From Candidatus Latescibacterota bacterium (lineage in GTDB: Bacteria > Latescibacterota > UBA2968 > UBA8231): a stretch of DNA of 64,000 nucleotides. The position numbers and the translations under genes are program-made. Below, one piece after another: positions 53,935 through 62,700 of this stretch. Location of the stretch: NCBI GenBank assembly GCA_965248265.1, contig CBDFJF010000002.1:1216001-1280000 (forward strand). Reading direction: 5' to 3'. The stretch's first letter is position 1, and every line of letters begins with the position of its first letter. The notes under the pieces were generated by a model, which searched no databases, was not told the DNA's origin, and saw only the letters and a list, made by a program, of their open reading frames with translations.

Positions 53935-55116
53935 ATGAACGAATTCCATGTCCCCTGGGCAGCATGGTATGGCAGCGAGCCGCTCACGTTGCGATTTCCA
54001 ACGGGTTGGGAGGTGTCGGTATGCCGCATGCGCGGGGGGGAGGATATCGGCGACGCCGGGATCCGCAAGGCGCTGGCCGAACCGATTGGCGCGCCGCCGT
54101 TGCGAGACTTCGCCGCCGGACGGCACAGCGCCGCCATTCTCGTCGATGACCTGTCGCGACCGACCCCCGCCTTCCGTGTGCTGCCCTACATCCTCGAGGA
54201 GTTGCATGCCGCGGGCATCGAAGACGACGGCATCACCATCATCGGCGCTCTGGCCGCGCACCGGCCGATGATGCGGGACGACTTCGTCAAGAAACTGGGT
54301 CCCGAAATCGTCGAACGCTACCGGGTCGTCAATCACAACGCTTACGAGAATCTCGAGTTTTTAGGCTATTCCAGCCTGGGTGTCCCGGTATTCGTCAACC
54401 GCGAGTTGATGGGCTGTCAGGTGCGAATCGCGGCTGGCATGATTACACCTAGAGGAGAGATGTTCGGGGGCGGCGCCAAGCTGTTGATTCCGGGGGCCTG
54501 CGGCCAGCAGACGATCATGCTAAACCACCGGCATGTGAATGGCGAGCCCTTCCGGCCGCACCTGGACGAGGTCGCCCGGATGGCCGGTCTGGGCTACATC
54601 GTCAATCCGTTGCTGAACGAGCAGCTGGAGATCATGGACCTGGTCGCCGGAGACGTTACGGCGGCCTTCGAGCGCGGCTGCGAACTCGGCGCCCAGCGCT
54701 ACGCGACGCCGATGCCCGCGGCGGGATCGATCGACGTGGGTGTGTTCAGCGCCTTCCCGAAGGACACGGAGCTCATCCAGGCGGGACTGGCTCTCGTGCC
54801 ACTCAGGAGTTGCGGTCACGATCCCTTCACCGATGACGGCACCATCGTGATCGCGAGCGCCTGTCCCGAGGGGCTGGGATGGCACTCGGTGCTGGGGCCT
54901 GGAACGGCGCTGCGCGGCGAGGCGGGGCCGCAACGGCGCAGGACCTTCCTGTTCTCTCCCGGTGTCAATGAGTACGATTGCCAGGCATTGTACGGCGACC
55001 ACGTGTCATGGTTCCGCCGTTGGGACGAGCTGGTCGAGCGCCTGACGGCCATTCACGGCAGCCAGGCGAAGGCGGCACTATTCCCGGCCGGTGCTCTGCA
55101 GATGGCAGAGCAGTAG
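53935..55116 (+). CDS. LarA (nickel-pincer lactate racemase) family protein
   Basis: ALAEPIG, VDDLSRPTP, ALAAHR, FGGGAKLLIPG. Confidence 0.8.
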   Translation: MNEFHVPWAAWYGSEPLTLRFPTGWEVSVCRMRGGEDIGDAGIRKALAEPIGAPPLRDFAAGRHSAAILVDDLSRPTPAFRVLPYILEELHAAGIEDDGITIIGALAAHRPMMRDDFVKKLGPEIVERYRVVNHNAYENLEFLGYSSLGVPVFVNRELMGCQVRIAAGMITPRGEMFGGGAKLLIPGACGQQTIMLNHRHVNGEPFRPHLDEVARMAGLGYIVNPLLNEQLEIMDLVAGDVTAAFERGCELGAQRYATPMPAAGSIDVGVFSAFPKDTELIQAGLALVPLRSCGHDPFTDDGTIVIASACPEGLGWHSVLGPGTALRGEAGPQRRRTFLFSPGVNEYDCQALYGDHVSWFRRWDELVERLTAIHGSQAKAALFPAGALQMAEQ

Positions 55117-55130
55117 CCGCGGATTCGCCT

Positions 55131-55690
55131 AGCTCTCGTAATCAACGTGCAGCTGCACCGCGTCCACGATCAGGGCGTTTGTCGCGATTCACTCACCTTG
55201 CTGACCGTAAACTCTACAGTGTTTTCCCCTCTCCTGACCTGTGCGGGGCTGAGCGGGCATTCCAGCCACTGCCCACCGGTCGATGTCTGTGACGGGCCTG
55301 CAGGGCTGAGGCCGTCGAGGACCACATCGTTGAGCTTCACGACTATCTCGTCATCTCCGGCAACATCCCAAAGGTGGAGGCGAAAACGCCATGTAGGCCT
55401 ATCGCCCGCGGTCGCATCCTCGCCTACCTGAAACGGCACGCTGACGGGCTCTCCCGGTTTCAGGTGCAGCTTGTGCGGCTCCGCCAGGCTGGACTCCCCA
55501 GGGAAACGGTCCACACCGAACATCTTGCTCTTGTCGGCCATCACAGCGGGATCACCGATCTCCCGCCAGGTATCGATATCGGTGCTGTGAAAACCGTTGA
55601 AGATGTAGACCCCGTCGGCACCTGAGTTCCAGGCATTCATCGCCGCACCGCGCCATGCGGGAGCGACTCCATCCCAGGAGTTGAACTCCT
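55131..55690 (-). pseudogene. 3' fragment of a GHL10-like gene (paralogue of 47430), truncated at the IS91-like element and frameshifted near 55172
   Basis: WRGAAMNAWNSGADGVYIFN...REIGDP...KSKMF...VPFQVG...RGENTV. The true end LIVDAVQLHVDYES* lies in another frame. Confidence 0.75.
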
Positions 55691-55699
55691 GGATGTAAC

Positions 55700-57610
55700 A
55701 GCGCGGGATGGACCAATCCCGTGTACGATCAGTACGCACTCGTGGGCAGCCGTTGTTAGACCGGGGAAAATACCTCAGCGTCGCCGACGGTCTGTGACGA
55801 ACCCGGACATCCTCGCTGCGTGTGTCGCCGGGCACACACATGCGTGGCCTCCACTACCCAGCGTCCAACTCCGGGACCGACGCCCCTCTCGGGTGAACTC
55901 ACCACTGGTCTCCATGTTGCATGCCGCCACGGTATGCCAACCGCTCACACCCATGGCAGCGGTTTCACCTACCGTCGCCGGACCCCCGAGAAGGAGCCCC
56001 TCTACCGGGTGCTGGCCGAGCATCTTGAGACGTTCGTAGAGCGCACGCGTTCATCGGACCGCCAGCTGCCGGGCCATGTCGAAAGGGAACTGCGTGCCTA
56101 TCTGGAATGCGGCATTTTGGCACATGGATTCCTGCGGGTACGGTGTGAGGACTGTGCCGAGGACCCCGTCGTCGCATTCTCGTGCCAGCGACGTTCCTTC
56201 TGTCCCAGCTGTATGGGACGACGGATGGCGGACACGGCCGCGCGCTTGACCGACGAGGTTCTGCCGCAGGTGCCGGTGCGGCAGTGGGTGCTGAGTCTGC
56301 CCTATGAGATCCGCTATCGCCTGGCCTGGGACGGCGAGTTGGTCGGCGCACTGTTATCCGTTTTTCTGCGCGTGGTTTATGGTTGGTATCGACGTCAGGC
56401 ACGAGCGCAGGGATACGAAGACGGTCGCTGCGGCTCGGTGACCTTCGTGCAACGATTCGGGTCGTCCCTAAATCTCAATCCCCATGCCCATGTCCTCATG
56501 ATCGACGGCGTCTACATCGACGGCGAGGACGGTCTGGAGTTCGTGGCCGCACCGACTTTGGGCGATGATGATGTGCAACAGATCGTCGAAACCACGGCAC
56601 GACGCGTTGTGCGCCTGCTACAGCGCCGCGGCCTGTTGGAAGATTCCCATGCCGATCCGTTGTGGGAACAGGAGCCCCTGCTGGCGACGATCACGGCGGC
56701 CTCCATCCAGGGCCAGGTGGCCACCGGAGAGCGCGCCGGTCAGCCCGTGCGCCGGCGCCTGCTCGACCCGCAAGAAGGCATCCGCACCGGCCCGCTGTGC
56801 TTCGCCTCGCGCGGCTTCTCCCTGCATGCGGCCACCCGTGTGCCAGCCCGCCGACCGCACTCGCCTGGAAAGACTGTGCCGCTACGTCAATCGACCGCCG
56901 CTGGCGGCGGGACGCCTGCAGATCCTCGATGCCGAGCAGGTGGCCTTCGACGTGAAAACGCCCTGGTCAGACGGCACCTATCGAATTGAGCTCTCGCCAC
57001 AAGAATTGATCGAGAAACTGGCCGCCCTGGTGCCCCCACGCCGCCTCAATCTGGTGCGCTACCATGGCGTCTTGGCGCCCAACGCCGCCGCTCGGGCACA
57101 GATCGTACCCGGCCCACAAGAACAGGGGAAGGACCAGAGCCGGTCCCCGGTCGAACTGGTGAGCTGACACCCGCCCAACGCCGACACCGCCTGGCCTGGG
57201 CCGCCCTCTTGCGCAGAGTGTTCCGCGTCGACGTCACCGTGTGCCCCGGCTGCGGCGGTCATATGAAAATCGTCGCGGCACTCACCCAGCCCCGCTCCAT
57301 TGCCCGCTACCTGGAAGGCGTCGGCCTGCCACCACGGGCACCGCCGATCGCCCCGGCACGCCCCCATCCCCAACCTGAGCTGGATTTCGCCGCCTGACAT
57401 CGATTCACGGCCACAGCCAAGGCACCGCTGTGCCCTGATACGTCACTGGCAACGCCCTCCTCGCTCACAGCTGTTCACCGCACGGCACCATTCCCAGCCT
57501 CAAGGTTCATCCATCGACCGTCAACCCCCGAAAACCGCCATCAACACCGTCAAAAACAAAAAATAGCACCTGACCGATTAACGATAACCTATTTTATAGC
57601 CACTAAGCAC
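55700..57610 (+). mobile_element. IS91/ISCR-like rolling-circle insertion sequence
   Basis: Contains an HUH transposase. A hairpin CGCGGGAT/ATCCCGTG at 55702-55723 sits at the presumed terIS side. The right end is defined by the duplicate at 62289-62513. No terminal inverted repeats seen. Confidence 0.8.
55934..57397 (+). pseudogene. IS91-family (Y2/HUH) transposase with Zn-binding domain, two frameshifts (~56849 and ~57150)
   Basis: CGILAHGF, CEDC, SCQRRSFCPSC, RQWVLSLP, HUH motif NPHAHVL, GFSLHA, LERLCRYVNRP, VRYHGVLAPN, CPGCGG. Confidence 0.9.
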
Positions 57611-57814
57611 TTGTGGTGTCTGGGCGACAAAGATTCGCTTGTCCTTTTTTGCTAAACTTTGTAGCAATTCAAAAGAACCGTCTTGGCTGTGATCATCGAC
57701 TATCACCACGCGGGACACCGCTACGACATTCAAAGCATCGTAAACAACCTTCTCAATGAAGCGTGCTTCGTTGTAGCAGGGGATAACTACCGTAATGATT
57801 TCTTTATGATCCAT
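57611..57814 (-). pseudogene. Glycosyltransferase family 2 N-terminus, truncated by the IS end
   Basis: VVIPCYNE and VIVDDHSQDGS. The frame runs into the IS tail after QTPQ. Confidence 0.85.
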
Positions 57815-57938
57815 AAACTTTTAAACCTATTCATTCAACTCATCGGATTTAGGCAGCGATCTATTAGAAAGCTGCTTCTTGAGCTCAAGGCGAAATAACT
57901 GCCAAAAGACGAGTCAAATTCAATAATTGCGGGTTTAT

Positions 57939-58802
57939 TCAGTGATCGGACGAAGTGAGAAATTCCTTAACTGACTCGGAATGAGGTGAAATTTCGATTT
58001 TGAATGTGCTTATCAAAGCCCCATTGTCAAAAGCCTTTGCATACCTTAGACCCAGTAAGTTTTCGGTGTTGATCCCAATAGGTATTGAAAGAGCTTCAAA
58101 ACATTTTGCGGCCCAAAACATCAGAGAAGTCGGAACGGGTATGAACAAACGTTTTAGGCCCAGTGTCAAACAAATCGTTTTGTAAATATCTTTTACTTGA
58201 GTTGCAGGCATTTCAGCCGCGACGAATTGTCCGCTCACATCTTCTTGGAGACCGACAGTTATAATCTTACAGAGGTCCTGCCAATGGATAGTTTGCATTG
58301 GTTGGCGGCCCCCGCCGATTAAAGGGACCAGCGGAAGAGCCTTCATAATTTCAACAATGGCGCCAAACACACCACCAGAAGAAATCACCAAACCAGGTTT
58401 GAGAACAAGTGCCTTAGAGCCTGCCAGCATAGATTCTATGGCAAGCTTTTGCCTGCCATAGCGGGATCGGGCTTTGTCGTGTGCCGCCAATGAAGACAAA
58501 AATACAAATTTAACATTGGACTCTTGGCACTTTTGCCAAAGCTTAGTAGTGCCGACAACGTTTACGTCTTGGTCGTGGGAACTAACAAGCGGCTGGTACG
58601 CGCAGTGGACGAGCGCATCCAAATCCCCAAAAATTGAATCTGCGAGTTCTTGGCCAAGCTCGTATTTAACTGTATTAAATTGGGAACTAGTCGTCCGCTG
58701 CATCCTGACGACATCGTGTCCACAATTACACAAGTGCTGGCAAAGCAACTGGCCAATGTTGCCACTGGCACCTGTAACCGCAATTTTGAGAAATTTTTTC
58801 AT
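57939..58802 (-). CDS. NAD-dependent epimerase/dehydratase
   Basis: VTGASGNIG, VHCAY, FLSS, YGRQK. Confidence 0.88.
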   Translation of the reverse strand: MKKFLKIAVTGASGNIGQLLCQHLCNCGHDVVRMQRTTSSQFNTVKYELGQELADSIFGDLDALVHCAYQPLVSSHDQDVNVVGTTKLWQKCQESNVKFVFLSSLAAHDKARSRYGRQKLAIESMLAGSKALVLKPGLVISSGGVFGAIVEIMKALPLVPLIGGGRQPMQTIHWQDLCKIITVGLQEDVSGQFVAAEMPATQVKDIYKTICLTLGLKRLFIPVPTSLMFWAAKCFEALSIPIGINTENLLGLRYAKAFDNGALISTFKIEISPHSESVKEFLTSSDH

Positions 58803-60424
58803 TGAGCGATCAGGCCCTTTGCCACCCTGTGAGCATTGGCCATAATAGAAAATGTCAATCCATTAGAAGGAAGGAAATTGAAGCCACTTGAATCGGCGCA
58901 GTATACACTTTGGGTCCCGTGAATTCGCCCGTCGCTTGCCTGGGTCAAAGGGACATCATTATTGGAAAACGGGAGCGTGCCAGCATAATGGATTGAAGAG
59001 CCATGTTGTAACTTTTGTTTGGTCAACGGTATTAGTCCCAGCGCTATGTATGCTCGTTTGATTTTGTTGTCAAAAGCCAGATCCTCGCTTTTCTCACTGT
59101 TTGATAACTTGTAGTCGATGTGTAATTTATCCCCTGTAGGAGAAGATGAATCTGCAACCAACTTGAGTCTTTTTTGGTCCGTGATGGAATCAGGGTGGTT
59201 TGTAGTTGTAATCACGATTGCCGAGGAAATGGCGTGCATCAATCTGCGTGCATCTTTGGTCGATAAAGGTACTTCTTTAATAAGTTTAAAAAGTAGCAAT
59301 GAACGATAGGTATACATTGAAACGGTTCTATGGCTGTGTTTAGGATCAACGCAGTACATGGTCAGCTGACCCATGCTTGTTTTAAGTTGATCTAGAGGTG
59401 TGCCTAACATCCGGTAGTGGAGGCAAGGGCTAATGGCGTAGTGATTGGTCAATATGGGGACCGGCTCCTGGGACCCAAAAGAGCGCAATACGATCCGAGC
59501 TGTACCCAAAGCGCTCGATCCCAGGATCAACTTCCGACAGGTAAGGATCTCTTCTTCGCGGCTTTCTTGGCGAAGGCAATGTAATTCGACAAGACCCTTG
59601 GATGTTTCTTTGAAGCTTTTCACAAACAATCCGTCTAAATATTCAAAATTTGGATTCGTTTTAAGCGCATCAATAGTAAAGCGGGGCCTGTATACGGATT
59701 TGCCATGATCGATCCAAAACTCCATGTCAGAATAGTCGCAAGCTCGCCGGTCGGCCAAAGCTTGGGTCAGCACAGCAAAGGGAGTCTGTCCCAAAAATAC
59801 GCCCATCGATTTATTGAATTTATTTTTGCCACGGTCGTAGGCGGCCAACAATCGGCTGGACGAGTTGTCCTTTTGCATGGGCTTTTGTATTGACTCGATC
59901 CCTTCCCCACAAAAAGGCCAGATGTCGTCGTGGCTTCCGGATACACCAATCCTATCGGCAATATGCTCATAGGCTTGGCGCATGCTGTTGATTGGGAGCG
60001 ACATTTTTTCTAGTTCTTGGTTGGTAAACGCAGCACAACCAGCCCCCCAACCGTTTCCCAGGCCGCCATAGGCGAGGCTTTCCATGAAATTGAAATCATC
60101 GGATTTGCTTGTCAAAAATTGATCTACGCCATCAACGATGAACTGCCGCGGCGGCGTCAGCGAGTGTTTTGCTACTCCCCAGGGAAATCCCTCGAAATTA
60201 TTTCCTAAAAAATAGCTGCGTTGGTCTTCTTGGGTTTGGCGGATGGATACAAAATCTTGATCGGGGACCAACTGATTATAGTGGTTGGGTTTGTGCCCTA
60301 CATCCACCATAGCCACATTTTGGCCCGACTCCACTAGTGTTTGTGCAGCGTGTGCACCGCTCATGCCTGAGCCAACAACTATAAAGTCTTTAACATTCAA
60401 TTGTTTATTGTCCTTCACGTTCAC
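58799..60424 (-). CDS. GMC-type FAD oxidoreductase
   Basis: IVVGSGMSG, GGLGNGWGAG, HYAGT, ADSS...MANAHR. Confidence 0.85.
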   Translation of the reverse strand: MNVKDNKQLNVKDFIVVGSGMSGAHAAQTLVESGQNVAMVDVGHKPNHYNQLVPDQDFVSIRQTQEDQRSYFLGNNFEGFPWGVAKHSLTPPRQFIVDGVDQFLTSKSDDFNFMESLAYGGLGNGWGAGCAAFTNQELEKMSLPINSMRQAYEHIADRIGVSGSHDDIWPFCGEGIESIQKPMQKDNSSSRLLAAYDRGKNKFNKSMGVFLGQTPFAVLTQALADRRACDYSDMEFWIDHGKSVYRPRFTIDALKTNPNFEYLDGLFVKSFKETSKGLVELHCLRQESREEEILTCRKLILGSSALGTARIVLRSFGSQEPVPILTNHYAISPCLHYRMLGTPLDQLKTSMGQLTMYCVDPKHSHRTVSMYTYRSLLLFKLIKEVPLSTKDARRLMHAISSAIVITTTNHPDSITDQKRLKLVADSSSPTGDKLHIDYKLSNSEKSEDLAFDNKIKRAYIALGLIPLTKQKLQHGSSIHYAGTLPFSNNDVPLTQASDGRIHGTQSVYCADSSGFNFLPSNGLTFSIMANAHRVAKGLIAQ

Positions 60425-60819
60425 TTAATCACAACCTTGACAATTATATATCCCAAAATGCTGCGAAGACTCGCACTGGCCATTGCCGCCGCAAACTTCA
60501 ACCAGTCAATTGGCCGAAACTTTTGCGGCAAAAATTTATCTGTATGGCGTGTTGAGGTTTCTAGGATGGCTAACATTAGAGTGATTTTTTTGCGAATCTG
60601 ACAATGAGGTGCATTAATCCTCAGACCAGCATCAAAAATCCCCATCAACATAGAACTCCTTACCATGCTAGTCCAAATTGCCTTATGGTTTTGACTCTCC
60701 AATTCCATGTTTGTGCAGCCGTGAGCTCTCATATAAGCGCTAATCTCGTCGTCAGAAGGAGATATGCCTATAAGATATTTTGAAATTGCGATTGCTTCAA
60801 CGCGTAAAGGCCCCATCAT
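60421..60819 (-). CDS. Hypothetical protein
   Basis: 132 aa, overlapping both neighbours by 4 nt (translational coupling). Confidence 0.65.
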   Translation of the reverse strand: MMGPLRVEAIAISKYLIGISPSDDEISAYMRAHGCTNMELESQNHKAIWTSMVRSSMLMGIFDAGLRINAPHCQIRKKITLMLAILETSTRHTDKFLPQKFRPIDWLKFAAAMASASLRSILGYIIVKVVIK

Positions 60820-61622
60820 TGGTGCCTTTTTCGTAGGACGAAAACACCATGCAATGCTGAAAAAATTTTGATGGGGCTCATTAGTCCTTCCAAAAGCTTA
60901 ACTGGTGCAATCATAAAATCTGGGAGCAGTTGTCGAAAATTGAGGCCTCCAGAAAAAAAATATCGCAAATAGTTTCCGATAGGGTTTTGGTATATCAGTT
61001 CAAGATCTGGAAAGTCATTTTTAAATTTTTCCAGGTCGCGTTTGAATACGATATACGATAAGGCCTGATTTGCATTTGTCATATGGCCAAGTTCTTTGCC
61101 TTGCTGCCAGCCCTGCTGTTTTTTATCAAAGTGTTCGGTGTTGTGGACATTTGCGTGAAACGCTGCCGAAACAGGACCATAATGGGGTTCAATTAAAACG
61201 CAGCCACCGCCAGGAATCAGGGTCCTTTGAAGTTGTTGAAAAAAAAGTTCGGGCCTGGGGAAGTGATGGAAGCAATTCAAGCCAAAAAAAGCTCGGACGG
61301 ATTCATCATCAAAATCCATTTCTTGGGCGTTTAAGGTTTTATCTAAATGCGGAGCGGGGACAATGTCTGTTACGATCAAATCCGGACAATAGTTTTTGAA
61401 CAAACTAACCCCCGCGCCCAACTCGACAAGTTTGCCGTCGCCGGAGAAAAACCTTTCATTCATGCGCAGGCATTCGAAATAAAACTCTTCAAAAACACCG
61501 AGCATCACGGCCTTTGATTGCAGGATTTCCTTGTGAACTAAAATCCTGTGTTCATCGTCCACATTTATATTTTTCATTCGGGGATCTGAGAGAATTGACC
61601 GTAGTACCGCGATAAAAGTCAT
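60816..61622 (-). CDS. Class I SAM-dependent methyltransferase
   Basis: VELGAG, FHHF, LIPGGGCVLIEP, ANQALSYIVF, SGGLNFRQL. Confidence 0.85.
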   Translation of the reverse strand: MTFIAVLRSILSDPRMKNINVDDEHRILVHKEILQSKAVMLGVFEEFYFECLRMNERFFSGDGKLVELGAGVSLFKNYCPDLIVTDIVPAPHLDKTLNAQEMDFDDESVRAFFGLNCFHHFPRPELFFQQLQRTLIPGGGCVLIEPHYGPVSAAFHANVHNTEHFDKKQQGWQQGKELGHMTNANQALSYIVFKRDLEKFKNDFPDLELIYQNPIGNYLRYFFSGGLNFRQLLPDFMIAPVKLLEGLMSPIKIFSALHGVFVLRKRHQ

Positions 61623-61652
61623 TTTGTAATTGTCGCCGTTGGCTGGAAGCTC

Positions 61653-62288
61653 GTGAGTTTTGACTATCCGACTGTATTTACCCCGACGGGTAAAAGTCCG
61701 TTTTCTGTCGACGGTCTCGTTTTCTTTTTAGAGACGATCAAAGGAACGGCCTTTTATTCATTTCTTATTTTAAAGTCCCAACCACTTATAGCTATATTGC
61801 TTGTTGTTTTCATTCCAGTCGCCATTTGGTGGCGTGTAGGGTGGCGACTGTCAGCTGGCATGTGCCTTATGGGCGCGATGTACCTTAGTGCGATTGCCAG
61901 CGTATATACTTTTGCGTTTCCAGGCAAAGAAGGCGAAAGATTGGCCGGATACGATCGGTATTTTAGCGAGCTTCTAAAAATACTATTATTCGTTACTAGT
62001 TTGCTCTATTCGTTTTCAAAAGCAGAGAACCGAGCTCATTAAGCAGCATATAACAAAAGTCATTGCAGTTCTCGCTGTGTCGCTTTTTTGGCTTGTCGTC
62101 AAGCAGGCACAAAGTTCGGCGTCAGCTGTCAAAGACGACTTAATTCCGCAGATTGCGTTTGTTCAAGAAACGGTCTCCCGAGTCCCTGGGTCACATAAAA
62201 TTATGGCGATCAACATCGACGGTGATCACATTTTAGGCTTTAAATTTGACTATTGGGCAGTCAGGAGAAAGGTCAAGGACAGGTTGCA
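61653..62288 (+). pseudogene. Fragment of a membrane protein gene, truncated at both ends, frameshifted near 62035
   Basis: Hydrophobic segments with ERLAGYDRY. It continues as ELIKQHITKVIAVLAVSLFW in another frame and runs into the IS-end duplicate. Confidence 0.55.
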
Positions 62289-62513
62289 TTCGCCGCCTGA
62301 CATCGATTCACGGCCACAGCCAAGGCACCGCTGTGCCCTGATACGTCACTGGCAACGCCCTCCTCGCTCACAGCTGTTCACCGCGCGGCACCATTCCCAG
62401 CCTCAAGGTTCATCCATCGACCGTCAACCCACGAAAACCGCCATCAACACCGTCAAAAAACAAAAATAGCACCTGACCGATTAACGATAACCTATTTTAT
62501 AGCCACTAAGCAC
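62289..62513 (+). repeat. 225-bp direct repeat of the IS91-like 3' end (57386-57610)
   Basis: TTCGCCGCCTGACATCG...TTTTATAGCCACTAAGCAC, with only about three or four differences between copies. Confidence 0.95.
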
Positions 62514-62700
62514 ATGGCAAACCGCACGTGTGGCGCGATGTGATTTGTATGATTTCTAGCATATGACCCCACAAGGAGTGCAAAAGGTTGGGGTGCTCTT
62601 GTACGAAGCACTTAATAGGCCATTGCAGTTGCCGTTAATTACCCACCCGCAAGGAATAGCTCGCCGCGTTTGTCGACCCTATTCAAACGGAGCAGCGACC

